A DNA stretch of 64,000 nt from Yuukianura sp. NJ FZ-2021 (Eukaryota): assembly GCA_046563655.1 (NCBI GenBank), contig CM102290.1, positions 9,176,001 to 9,240,000 on the forward strand. The letters run 5' to 3'. Both the position numbers and the translations under genes were made by a program. A model generated the notes under the pieces. That model searched no databases. It was not told the origin of the DNA and worked only from the letters and a program-made list of their open reading frames with translations. Below are positions 1 to 15,200 of this stretch, in pieces; the stretch's first letter is position 1, and every line of letters begins with the position of its first letter.

Positions 1-1069
1 TAACCTTTTAACCTTAATTTCATGTCTACCATTTAAGGCATTCTGGTAAACCAAAATCCGGACAAATTTTTAAGCCCACTTGTTCTATTGAAGATTGAAG
101 TGTCAGTGTCATCCACAAGCTGTTACTTTAGCGTATTTTCTAAACAACCAATTTCCGTAGTAGTATGAATGCAAAGGTCAGAATCGCCACAAAACATCCA
201 GCGATCCAGCAACAGTCCAGTGACTAAGAGTTTTATGTCAATGAATTCATGAAAAGTAAAAGTAAAAAGTTAAAGATAAAGTTTAGTCGAACCTGAAAAT
301 ACCCGTTAGCATTAACGGCAACTAAGCCCATGTTACTTCCGAATCAAGTCGGAACTCGGGTCTCAAACATGGGGGGGGGGATGCTGAGGGGAATACATGT
401 ATGATTGGGATTGGGACCGGACGACCAGTCTGAAATAAGGTTTACTATGGTCTAACAAAACGTACAAATGACAAGACAAATGACAAGAATGACCAATGAA
501 TTAATGTATTACCTGTTCTGTGATAAAAGAGATAGACGATTCTGAATAAGGTATGCTGTAAAAGAATTGTCGATGATTCGATATCCAAACGATAAACGAT
601 TTTGTGTGGAAATATCCAGAAACTTCAAATCCAAAGTCGTCCGACACGTCCGAGAACTCGGAAGTGAATGATCAAGTCTTTTTCTCCGTCTTCTATTCGC
701 CAATGTCCAAACACCAAAACAGCAACGACCGAATCCAGCGGCCGCCCACTAAATTACGCTCGAGATTGACACATACGTAATTTAAGAATTTTTGTTTCCA
801 TTTTGTTACATCATCGTTATTTACGCTTGTTTTTTTTACGTTAAACTTAAATGATTGCATAACAACTATTATACTAAAAATCTGTAAATAATCCAAAATT
901 AAAATCATAATACCAGTGTAGAAAAGTAATAGAGAGTAATTGCAACTCACTTTATAGAGTTTATAGAATGTAAATATGGAAAATAGAATACGGAACGCTC
1001 CATATTCTATATTTTGCGATTATGAGAAATACAGAAAAGTTCTCGATTATGAAATATGGAATGCAGGAT

Positions 1070-1135
1070 GAAAAACTCGCTGATTGGCAAGATTGCGTAT
1101 AAACTGCGCACAAACTGCGCATAAACTGCGCAGTT
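1070..1135. repeat. AAACTGCGCAC-type short repeat cluster, copy 1
   Basis: aaaactcgctgattg followed by tandem aaactgcgca(c/t); a related block occurs at 2411-2540. Confidence 0.6.
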
Positions 1136-1482
1136 TATTATTTTTTAAATTACCCATTCTTCCAGAAATTCTTTTATAAATTATATATGCTCTGAATCAG
1201 CTTATAAAGCTCTTTCTAACAAGATATTACTTGCACGGGGTTGTCTGCCATAAGGTTAAGCGGTGACCTCAGAGGTCAACGACCACAAATCACAAAAAGG
1301 TAATTTCGACTACTGAATTAAAGTTAAATAAAGCAACGTTGATGGCGGGGTATCCCTGTTTTAAACAGGTTGTTTTAAACGTTTTAAGCGCTTGTTTAAA
1401 ACAAGTAGGAAATCTTGTTTTAAACAACTCGTGAAAAATTTGCAAAATTATACGGGAAAGCTAAATTTTCAAAAAACTTGGG

Positions 1483-2412
1483 TTAATTCAACTAAAAGTA
1501 CATAATGTCACCATACGAAGTACAACATCATTCAAGTCTCTTGGTTTAGTTATTGACAATACACTTTCTTGGAGCGACCATATCATTGCAGTAACAAAAA
1601 AGTGTAACAGTGTTCTCTGGTCCCTCTATCCTATACAACACATTTTGAATGAAAAGAACAGGAAATTGATGATCATCGCTTACGTCGCACCAATCATTCG
1701 CTACATGATCACAGTGTGGGCAACATGCAAATCTACACAGTTCAACTGCATCAACAAATTGTTCCGGAGATGTGCTAGATTCATCTTTAATCTCAAAAGA
1801 AGAGACTCCGTGAGTGCAAAAATAAACTCCGAACTTAAGTGGTTGACCCCATCTCATCTTTACCGGTTCGAGCTGCTACTAACTGTTTCAAAAATTTGGC
1901 ACCACAAAATACTTTTCACCAAAACGTTGTCAAACGGTCAAAGAGACATTTTCCAAGTCCTAGAAATGCTTTGTGAAACACAAAACGTATCACGTGAACT
2001 CATTCGTCACTCAAGCGTCAACTACTATTGTGTCCCTTATCGGATCTCCTAATTTTCGGTAGTCTCTTCTTAGGCAAAATCAAGAGTGAATTTTTTAACT
2101 ACTTTCTTAACAAACAAATAGAATTTTCAAATGCTCGAGATGCTGATAGTCCTGAGCCCTACTTATCTTCGCCTATGTAATTTAAACTAATTTAAACTTT
2201 TTTAATTTAACTAATTAACTACAAAAACGTACATCTTTGCCTACATCATTCCTAATTCTTAATTTTAATAATCTAAACATTTTAAAACTCTAATTTAAGC
2301 TTCAAAACAAGTAAACAAGCAGTAATTCAAACATACAGTACGCTGAAGTGTAATTACCTGTAAATACAGGAAACGTTCAGAATAAAATGAAATGAAATGA
2401 AATGAAATGAAA
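1483..2412 (+). mobile_element. 5'-truncated non-LTR retrotransposon (CR1/L2-like), 3' end of ORF2 plus 3' UTR and (ATGAA)n tail
   Basis: Reading frame from about 1495 gives FKSLGLVIDNTLSWSDHI...KKCNSVLWSL...AYVAPIIRYMITVW...FRRCARFIF...LKWL, the typical post-RT segment of CR1/L2-type ORF2, degrading downstream. The element ends with AATAAA followed by ATGAA repeats at about 2381-2412. The 5' boundary is approximate. Confidence 0.75.
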
Positions 2413-2540
2413 AACCCGCTGATTGTCAAAATTTTGAGCTGCGCTCAAAGCGCGCACTGCGCACAAACTGCGCATGAGCTGCGCACAAAGCAAAGCGCTC
2501 ACAAACTGCGCACAAACTGCGCACAAAGCCGCATACGAAT
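2411..2540. repeat. AAACTGCGCAC-type short repeat cluster, copy 2
   Basis: aaaacccgctgattg followed by degenerate tandem aaactgcgcac; a direct-orientation homologue of 1070-1135. Confidence 0.6.
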
Positions 2541-3360
2541 CTAACAGTATAATTTGAAAAGCCGGAATAAGTTTCGCTAGTAATTTTGGTAAACATTTGC
2601 TCTTTTTTTACCAAATAATTCTACCAAAAGGCTAATTTTCAGTAAATATATAAATAAATATTCCGGGTGTTTTTAGTAAATATTTTTTCAATGTATAGAA
2701 ATAAACTATCAACCGCACAACAGTAACAATAAAATGTTTTATTTTTTTTACAACGATCATACTGAAAATGTTAGAAACATTGCAATACGTAAGTTACGGT
2801 GGGCACAAAAATTTTTTGAGTTAGAAGAAAATTCGGGCGTATAGATGGCGAAACAGTTGACAATCACGGATGCTAATCTAAAATTAGTAGTTTAATTAAA
2901 TAAATAATGACACGGTTAATTAATTAGCAAGCAAATGAAATGCACCAAAAATTGTCGTTACCTGTCTAACGACAGTACCTAGTAGATTTATTTTAATAAA
3001 AAAAAAACCAGTTAGTTATCTAATAACCCTAAACCGAAATGGGTCACGCGTTACAAGTTGCGAATCGCAACTTGCGATGGAGTGTCCACTGAATAGAGAA
3101 CGTGTTACTCCAAACGTTCGCAATATCAATAGCAGAAGCAGTAGCAAAAGAAGCAAATGCTTTTACTAGGAAAACTAATCACGACAACAAAATGAAAGGC
3201 TACGACCTTGTAGTTTGTTGTAACGATGCAACTATTATTTCTTTTCCTTTATATCTTCGTATTCACATTTTCGGAATCTTATTAGTAATCGAATTCATAA
3301 GCATAATTTGGTCTAAAGCTTTCGAAACTTTCACAGAGTTAACAATTTTAAACAAAACGA

Positions 3361-6495
<3,135 letters not shown>

Positions 6496-7200
6496 CTTCC
6501 AGGTTACGTGTCTGTGTCGTGGCAACAATCGTATTCTCAATTAATAGTTACTCGCGCGTAAACAGTATTGACCTGAGACTGACAGCTGATCGGCAATGAT
6601 AATGAATTACCGATTTGGGGAAAGTTTTGTTATACCGGCACCCGGGCTATTAAACTCACTCCTCTTCCGAAGTAGTAATGGTTTTCCCCACACGTACACC
6701 GACGAGACGACGTTACTAAGACAAAAAGTGACGTAGATCGCTGACTTTCCTTTTTGGCTCGGCTCGGTTCGGATCGCGACAAAAATTTGCTGGCTCGGCT
6801 CGGATCGCGGATCGTTACAGTTTCTGTTGGCTCGGCTGGCTTGGCTCGGCGCTCGAAGCTGCACGCACAAGTGTGTTGCCGCCACGAGGTTTGTTTCCAA
6901 TTTCAAAATAATAAGCGGGCTGACGAGTGCGCGGGCCCAGATTAAGAATAGCAAATGAAGTTAAAACAAAACAAAGAAATGAGTCACCAACTTTAACTTT
7001 ACAAACTTAAGGTTCGTCCTATTTAAATTTATATTAAGACGTAAGAAAAGGCATTAGAAGTGTGATGTGTGGTCTGTGGACTGTCTCGAGTTATCAATAC
7101 GTTAAGGCGGGGCTGTGGGCGTAAGAAGAATTCATCACTTCATTGAAGCGTCAAACAGTGCTTTCATAGAGTTCCAGTTCGTCAACAGGAAACTGGTAAG
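6496..7200. promoter_or_regulatory. Divergent (bidirectional) promoter region shared by LETM1 and RNASEH2A
   Basis: Start codons are under 1 kb apart and head-to-head. A likely RNASEH2A 5'UTR intron lies at about 7196-7373. A GGCTC-rich cluster lies at 6755-6855. Promoter function is inferred from the arrangement. Confidence 0.5.
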
Positions 7201-7441
7201 CAATTATTTTCCAATAGAAGTCTGTTTATTAGTAGAGGGATGGGCTCGGGCTGTCGGGCTGGGATGAACTGGTCGTGAAGTTCCTGTAGTTGCAAACCGT
7301 AAGGTATGCTAATTTAATTGTCATACGTTGTCAATTTCGATAATCGTGGTAATCGTGGATGTTTCATTTTCAGTTAACCGCAGCTGATTGCTGCTTTCTG
7401 CTTGTTAAGGTCTGACACGAGAGTTATTGGGCAAAAACAAA

Positions 7442-8850
7442 ATGGAGATCCTCAAGGAAGGACTTGAGAGATTCCGGAATGACAACAACCATGATCATAC
7501 TATCTACAGCAATATTCCCGAAAAGTGCAAGTCGCAGCTTTGTTATGTTGGGATCGACGAGGCAGGTCGAGGACCTGTGCTGGGTAAGCAAGTAAACGAT
7601 TCGGCTAATTAAATATTGGATGGACAGTGGAATGGAACGGTGTTACTGTGTGTGCGGTGTAACGTTAAGTGGTTTAGCAACATATTATTTTTGTAGTATT
7701 TTGTATTATGTTTAGGTCCGATGCTATATGGGATCTTTTGCGCTGTGGTTGATGAGGTGAAAGTAAAGGAGTTAAAGAAGGCTGGCAAATCGCTGCAACA
7801 AATTGAAGACAATCCTCCGACGCTTTTATCTGGGGTTGCCAAACTGAACGATTCCAAGCAGTTGACGGAAAAATTACGGGAGCAAATATTTGAGGAAATG
7901 GCTGATCAGGATACGTTTTGTTTTGGGCTGAAGTTTATTTCTCCCACTCAGATTTCTTCTAAATGTTATCAGCGACAGAAGTGCAGCTTAAACGAGGTTT
8001 CACACAACGCAGCAATTGAACTCATCCAGGGTATGGTGGACAGAGGCGTGAAGATTGCCAAGGTTTATTTGGATACAGTTGGACCAATGGACAAATATCA
8101 AGTAATTTAACTTAACCGCGAAAGAAGCCTAATCCATTTTTGTTTCGAGTCTAATACATCTGTTTTTTACGTCTAAGAAAAAACTAGAAGGCATATTTCC
8201 TGACTTGAAATTCAAAGTTGACAAGAAGGCTGACGCCAAGTATCAGCCGGTTAGCGCTGCAAGTGTCTGTGCAAAAGTTGCTAGGGACCACGCACTCAAG
8301 GAATGGAAGTTTCCTGCCGGGGACAATGTTACTGTCGGAGCCGAAGGATGGGGAAGCGGCTACCCCGCCGGTATTTAACACTTTTAGTGCATTTGTAATT
8401 ACGAATTACGGTTCATTTGTGTAAATAACGCTTTGTCTTTCTGGAATTGTAGACCCTCAAACGAAAAAGTTCCTCCGAGTAAACATTGACACAATGTTCG
8501 GTTTTCCGAACATTGTTCGTAACAGTTGGGCTACTGCGGACAGTCTTTTGAATGAGAGAGCTTTCAAGATTAAATTGTAAGTACTACTTGGCAAACTAAG
8601 TTTTTAGTGGATCGGAACCTCTCACGCTTCAATGTATTTTCTTTTTCACAGAGATACTATTTTTCTTGATGATGGAGCACCAGCCCCTAAAATTAAGAAG
8701 TATTTTGCCAAAAGCGCAAAAGCAAATGGCAGCGGTGGATCATCAAGTGCTAAGGAGTCATCCGATGAAGCTCAAAAACCGCCAGTGAGTCGCGTCAAGT
8801 CCCAGTTCTTCCGTTTTCGAAACTTGGAGCAGCAGAACGATGCACTGTAA
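7442..8850 (+). CDS. RNASEH2A: Ribonuclease H2 catalytic subunit A (5 coding exons)
   Basis: Motifs GIDEAGRGPVLG|PMLYG, DSK, SLNEVSHNAAIELI, VYLDTVG, KKADAKYQPVSAASVCAKVARD, WGSGYPA|DPQTKKFL and FGFPNIVRNSWATA, separated by GT-AG introns. Stop at 8850. Confidence 0.95.
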
Positions 8851-10007
8851 GTTAGTACCACCACCGTCTGCCAGGGTGACGTTGCTTTCTCAATTATCCT
8901 GCCATTATTCTAATTGTTTCTCTCCAGTTTTATTGTTAAGCTCCTCTTTACTTCCTAACTTTAGTTGCTAACTCTACTTACTAATTGGAAGATTCCGCTT
9001 GAGTTTCTGTTGTTGTTTGATTTAAGAAATGTTTTTGTTACCTACATTGGTATACAACATAGGTGTCACATTGCACCTTTAAAAAGTCTGACGATTGTCA
9101 TTGTCAATACTCCGGAGTTATGCGAGATTAAAGTTTATACCATTGTTCATGTGAATTCAAACCACAGCTATAGGAAGTCACGACATGGCGTGACTCTGTC
9201 CACAACAGAGTTCGGAATTTTTTAAAACTTAAACATGACAAGTTTATATTTCATCCAATCTTGGTTAATTGTCAGTTGAAGCTTCTCGAGTACTTCTTTA
9301 TTAGTGTACTACTAAGTTCGCTTCGATCGTTTGTTAGGAGAGCATGACTTCATTCACTGTGGCATCACCGTTGAATGACGCGCTCCCATAAGATGAAGTT
9401 GAAGATGAGGCTAATCTCGAAGAATTTATGAGTGCAGTTTTGCGAATCACCAAAGATGACTTGTCCATCTCTCCTCTTAAAAGCACAAGATCTTATGAAC
9501 ATGAACATTTTTGATGAGGTAATCCCCATATATTCACTGACTGAGGTTACTCGGAACTATTTATCCTTGATCTTTCCCACACTGTCTGTGTCTGGTATAT
9601 GTTATTTCTATGGACTGGAAATTTAGATTTGCAATGCCTTCGTATGGAATCTTCTGGTTCACCTTCAGGCCTTGATTACGTTTTTACCATTCTGCAAAAT
9701 CAGATCCCATACATAGAGCGAATTATTTCTACTTCTGCAGCATATCCCCAGACAATGGTACAATCATGACTTCACACTACTCCCTCTTCCTACATAATAA
9801 TAATCGCCAGCATAAGAACCAAAAACTTGGCAAGGTCAGCACAATTTTTTAGGAAGTCTTTTTATAACTTTTTTTTAAGTCCTTCAGTCAGTTTTGAGTC
9901 AAAGTGAACACAAACATTTGTTCCGCACAGGAACGTGTGCAGACGCTGTACACCATTTACTTACTCCCTGCCAAGTGGAACGAACGTAAAGTCGAATTTA
10001 CACGATC

Positions 10008-10258
10008 ATGTCCAACCGTGAAACGGAAACCCACCAAGAAGAAGACGAGGGTCAAGGTCAAAGTGGTGACGAGGCTTCTCAAGAACTGAGCAGAGGATCG
10101 AGTGAAAAGCACGGTGAAAGTTCGGGTTTGCTTAGTTCTGCGGAGGTGTCGGTGGTTGTGGAGGATCCAGAAGAACCTGAACATGGTATGAGCGGAACAA
10201 CGCTGGGAGATGTGCTGGCCGCTGCAGCGATTTTCCCAGGCGCTGGTGTTTTGCTCAG
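10008..10258 (+). CDS. Probable alternative first coding exon of the BAIAP3-like gene
   Basis: ATG-initiated 251-nt frame ending AG|GTGAGT in phase 2, which joins in frame to the phase-2 acceptor at 14555. Confidence 0.5.
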
Positions 10259-10599
10259 GTGAGTACCTAAAGATTCACTTTAACATTATGATTTAGAACT
10301 GTATTGATGTAATAACGTGTAGATCAACTTTTCCATCTGCTCCTTCTGCTTTGTTTTTTACTGTTTACACTTCACCTGTCATGGTAGTTCCTGTTAAGAC
10401 GTCTGTTTTGCTTGGATTAACCTGAAGTTCAAGGTTAATTTGTTAAGATAGAAGTCTAAGGTCAAGAACCTTGTCAAATAACAGATATGGCTCCACCTTT
10501 GTCATGAACAAACAAAAACTTAAATTCCATCGCGTTTAGAACGCGGTATTACGCATTTTCATGCTACTGTGATTGTTTTCAGAGATGTTTTTGCTTTAC

Positions 10600-12200
10600 C
10601 ATCCTCTATGTATAAATAGACTTCACTTTCACCTGATAGTTCACTTTCACTCTCAGCAATTCACATCATGTTGATGAATCAGCAATGACTCATGGCCGGT
10701 CACCATTATTTTGTTGTGCATGAAATTCAAATCCGAAAGCACTATGTGCATACAGTGACCATTCCTATAGTCAATTCCTCCAGAATTTTCACATTTGTAA
10801 AATCGAAGGTTGCGTTTTGCGCATCGCAGACTGGACAACTGACCTTGAGACTGGAAAAAATCAAGATTCAGAGGCACTTGTTAGCAGTAGCAACGGCATG
10901 AGAATGTCACAACTTATTTTTAGAATTCCGGAAACCTCCAACTCCGCATTGATCATTTTTGGAAAAGTTTTTCATGCACAAGTCTGTTCACATTTTACGT
11001 CAACACGCATTCTAATTTCCTTTTTTTTTCTATACATATGACAATTGTATTAGATTAGAACTGGGTCAATATGATACGGTTTCCAATAGGTATTTACAAG
11101 ATCATGTTAGTAACACAATATTGATAATTTTGGAATGATTCTGATTGGGTTTTCTTTGTTACGTTCAGGATTAAGTGATACCTGTAGTCCATTGTTTTTT
11201 TTTAAAAACCTCCGTGCAATGATTCACACTCTTCCAGAATCCAAATGTACCTAAAATGTCTCTCATAATTGTTGTGAAGTTTTCATTGTTGTGAACAATC
11301 CAATGTGCGATTCGGAAATACCTTCACTTCCTAAACCATTTCATCCGAATAGAAAAATGACCTGCACTTCCCATAATTCATCTACGAAATGAAACCAAAT
11401 TGTTGTGATAAAGCATAGTATGCATGCAACTTTGATATAATTTTTGTCTAATGTTTACGAGCAGAATGGGATAAAATGAACAGGAGTCACTGGTGCATGA
11501 ACTCTTTTCGCCGTTCGTTTCTTTTTTTGCACGGTTCCCCTTTAGGTGTTGAGCATCGGGAGTCCATTGTCAAACTGAAACCAATTTTTAGACATCAGGA
11601 AAACATTTTTGGTCCAATTCGTCTTCAACTGAGTCTGAAGCAACTTCGGTTGTAAAGACCTTCTTCACTTGTTCTTTCCTTAATTTTAACTCTAATTAAA
11701 ATCCAGTTTTCCAGTTTTTTTTTTGGAAAGTACAAAGTACAACAAGAAATTGTGAAAAACTTGAAATTTGTAAACATCTTCAAGGATTATTCCTTTTAAT
11801 CCGTGCACATCTCCGTTACTAACCTCACAATTTTTGGCAAAACGGTGATCACAGGATATTTTGTGTAGCTTCTGAAATTCCACATTTCCTGAGGTCAAAA
11901 GTATTGAAAGTGAAGTTCATAACTCTTGGACTTGCAGAAAATTTAAACTTGTTTCCCTGTGTTGACAAAAGGTGGGCGTCATCTTTACTGCAATTGAGTG
12001 AATCAACGACTTTGAACAATGGTTTGTTTTTGCAAGGGAACAGATCCATATCAAAACTTAATTCTTAATTGTTCCAAATGGATTCTTCAGTAAAAGAGAT
12101 GTGCTTGGTCCGTATCTTGTGAGGTACTTGCATGTTACATTGACCTTACACCAAGACTTCCATCATACACTATCCATTGTTTCAAGGAAGGACCCTTGTC
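10600..12200 (-). pseudogene. Possible decayed LRR-like (F-box/LRR type) gene remnant
   Basis: Minus-strand fragments with LRR-like pieces (FPK..LE, NVEFQKLHKISCD, NVKILEELTIG) are broken by many stops and frameshifts. Family assignment is weak and boundaries are approximate. Confidence 0.25.
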
Positions 12201-12284
12201 TCTAACTTTTTTGAAACGTATTGTTCGTTATCCAGAAGCAAAACTGATTTCAGCTTAAAAAGTTAACGGGAAAGAGCAAGCAAA

Positions 12285-15200
12285 ATGCTTACAGAGTGCT
12301 TCAATATCCGATTTCCCCGAAAACCGCGTAAGGTAGGTCAAGTGCCTACTGTGAAAGTATCATCATCGTCAGGGCAAAGTAAATTTTTTGTTCCATTGGG
12401 CTCAAATGTCAAAGAGAGGCCAGTGACCCTTGACCTTCCTCCAGTCCGTCCTCGACGGAACAAACCACAGCGTGTTCGCAAGAATTTAAAACGCGAGGCA
12501 CTGCTCAGAGCACTCAGAAGTGGAGAAAGGTAAATAAAATATTTGAAGTAAAAATATTTTATTCAAGAAACTTAAAAAAAATAATATGAGAAAACTTTTA
12601 AATGTAAGCGTTTTTTTTAATTTTTTTGTATTGTACGTTACTTAATTCCACTTTCACTTCCTCTTAATCTAGGAATTATGAAATGACAGACTAAAGTTGA
12701 GTAACATGAGCATTGTTGTTACAATTCTTTTGTGTTTTCAAAAGAACAAGGAGAAAGTTGTAACATTTGAGTGACTTTTTTTTTAATCCAGGAGGATAAT
12801 AAGGGTTGTTAAAATGCGTTTAAGAGTTCATGCGTGTAGTGTGATCGGCTCAATAATTAATAAATTATGTGCATAATTAACATCGAATGGAGCATTGGGT
12901 TTGCTCAAAGTATAAGTTAGGGAATTAGCAGAGGATGAGTTAGAAAGTAGTTGTTATGATACTACCTGATTAACATGTCAATGCAACTAACAATTCAAAA
13001 TTCCACAAAAACTTTTCATTTCAATGCACTTCAAACACAAATTACTCCCAGCTTTCCAATCGTCCAAAACTGATTTTCATTTTTTTAAATGCAACTTGCA
13101 AATCGCACGCCCTAATTCCCACTTTTTATTATTATAACAAAAATATGTTTTTTACAAAAATGAATAATGTGTTGAGTATGATTTTGTCAGGCTGTATTAA
13201 ATTAGTGACTTATTTGAAAGTTTGTCGTTTTTCAGGCTATTAAGGTGATTTTTTTTAGAATTTGTAGTTTAGAGCTACTCCGTTAGTTAGTTAATTGTTC
13301 TGAGTGTTGTAATTAAGTTAGTGTCGGTTTCCTTGTCCTTGGTCCGCTTTTTGCAGAGCGTCTACACCTTCGAAATTTCCGCTTGTTTTCCCGTTGTCGA
13401 ATTAACAAGAGAGTTCTATAGCGATGCGCTCCACTGAATCTAAGAGGCGGATGTCATCTTCAGTTCAATTGTTATTTCTTACTAAATTTACCGACGCGCA
13501 TGCCTCACTTCACAAGAATTCAAAATGCAAAACGCACGACTACGAATCGTATATGCATGAGCTTTTGCTAACCAGAAACTGTAAAGTTCCCGGCGCTAAT
13601 TTTTGCATACAATGCTTAGGACCTTAAGGATTCCGCGGCTTTCAGAATCATCAGACCAACACTTCAGTTAGTCAATTAGACACGACTGTGACCTCTTGAC
13701 CTTGCCAAGCTTTCTACTCGACCTACGTTGAAAAGCTCAAGCTAACAAAAATAACCAACTTCTTATGTGTTTACACGTCTGGTTAATGTTGATAAAGAAC
13801 TTAATTCACAAAGTGCTTCGGGGTGTGGATTTAAGCATTTGATGGCACTGACAAATGAATAAATAAACAAAGCGATTCCGTTTCTTTTGCATCTTGTTTT
13901 TTTTTAATTCGTTTGCTGCCATTTTCCAAAACAAATGACGCGTCACGTACTGATGTACCTGTAGTCTCAGTTCCTACAAAAATATTAAGATTTTTAGCAA
14001 GGATCTGTATAGTCAAAGTCAATGACTATAGGATTAAGTTCCTCCTCGTCGACTAGCACGCCATGTCCTTTGTCTCTCTTCGTCAACATTTTCTTGAGTC
14101 CACACAGGTTCAACTATGGATAATCATCCAAAACCGGTCCTGTTGATGGAATTCGTCTTTCGATCAATACGTTAGTCCAATCTGGACAATCAATAGTGTT
14201 CACAGTAGGGACGAAATACACCACAAACCTTTGGCTCTAAATAATTTAGCTCCATTGACTTGGTTCTTCATAGCCTGAAGTGGTGTTTGGAATTGTTTTG
14301 TTTTTGGAATTTGTAGAGTGTAGTTGACTAAATGATGAAAATAAAGGAACTCGTCAAACCACTGAAGAATATCCGCAAAAAATCACGGTTTGAATTTCAC
14401 TTTTATTTCCTTGAAATTTTAGGGCGAAACGGAAAAATTATCCATATTAGTTCGGTTTTTGAACTGAAAAAAGAAGTTAGTGAGAAATAATTCAATTTTG
14501 TTTTGAATTTCCTAACATTTTTTTTTGTTTGGTTTCTTGAATGCTTACCCACAGTGTTGAAGCAGACGCCGACGAGGAGTTTTTTGAAAAATTTTCTTCA
14601 ATTCGAATTCAATATGAAAACAGTGAGAGGAAGCGGATTGAAGAATTCCAATTTCAGCAAGACGTATCGGATGGAACGCTCGCTGATCAAATATTTCCGA
14701 CACTTGGCGGCTGGAATGTAAGTTTTCAAAAAAAAACACAAAATTTCAATCCTTTCAATACACTTTACTTGGCAAAATTTTCACTTCGACGTCGTCCAGT
14801 CACCCGCTTCATCCGCTCATACATTGCGGGAACCGCTGTGTTCAAAATTCAAGGAAACTCTAAAACTATACTCGTGCCGGGCTAAATCCTTGTTGAGATT
14901 TTAAAAAAAGTTAACTGCAGCGGGAATTGAACTGAGGGATATGCGTCATCGTAAGACCGGTCCACCAGACTTTACTTTGAACTGTCAAAAACCTCTGATG
15001 AGGATTGATGGATTCAATTGACTTCAATTTACTAGCAGATCTTGAAAGCCGAAATCCTTTTGGCAACAAACGTGCCAAAGTTCTGCTGCTGCTGCTTTTG
15101 CGTATATTCCCAAGGGGAAATTACAAACTTCAAGTACTAAGGGTACAGCGTGATTCGGGGTTTCCTTGTTTTGGCTATGAATCCTGCCCAGGAAAATTAC

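Noticed and set aside
509..950. Minus-strand ORFs as a protein gene
   Set aside because: No recognisable homology. There is a donor-like CAG|GTAAT near 512, so this may be a 5'UTR exon of a gene outside the window, but I cannot support it further.
3054..3074. Palindrome CAAGTTGCGA-A-TCGCAACTTG in the LETM1 3' region as a regulatory RNA or terminator
   Set aside because: Short and isolated, with no SECIS, histone stem-loop or Helitron-end context.
14063..14170. Additional BAIAP3 first or cassette exon (MSFVSLRQHFLESTQ...)
   Set aside because: The frames I tested hit a stop codon or have the wrong phase for the 14555 acceptor.
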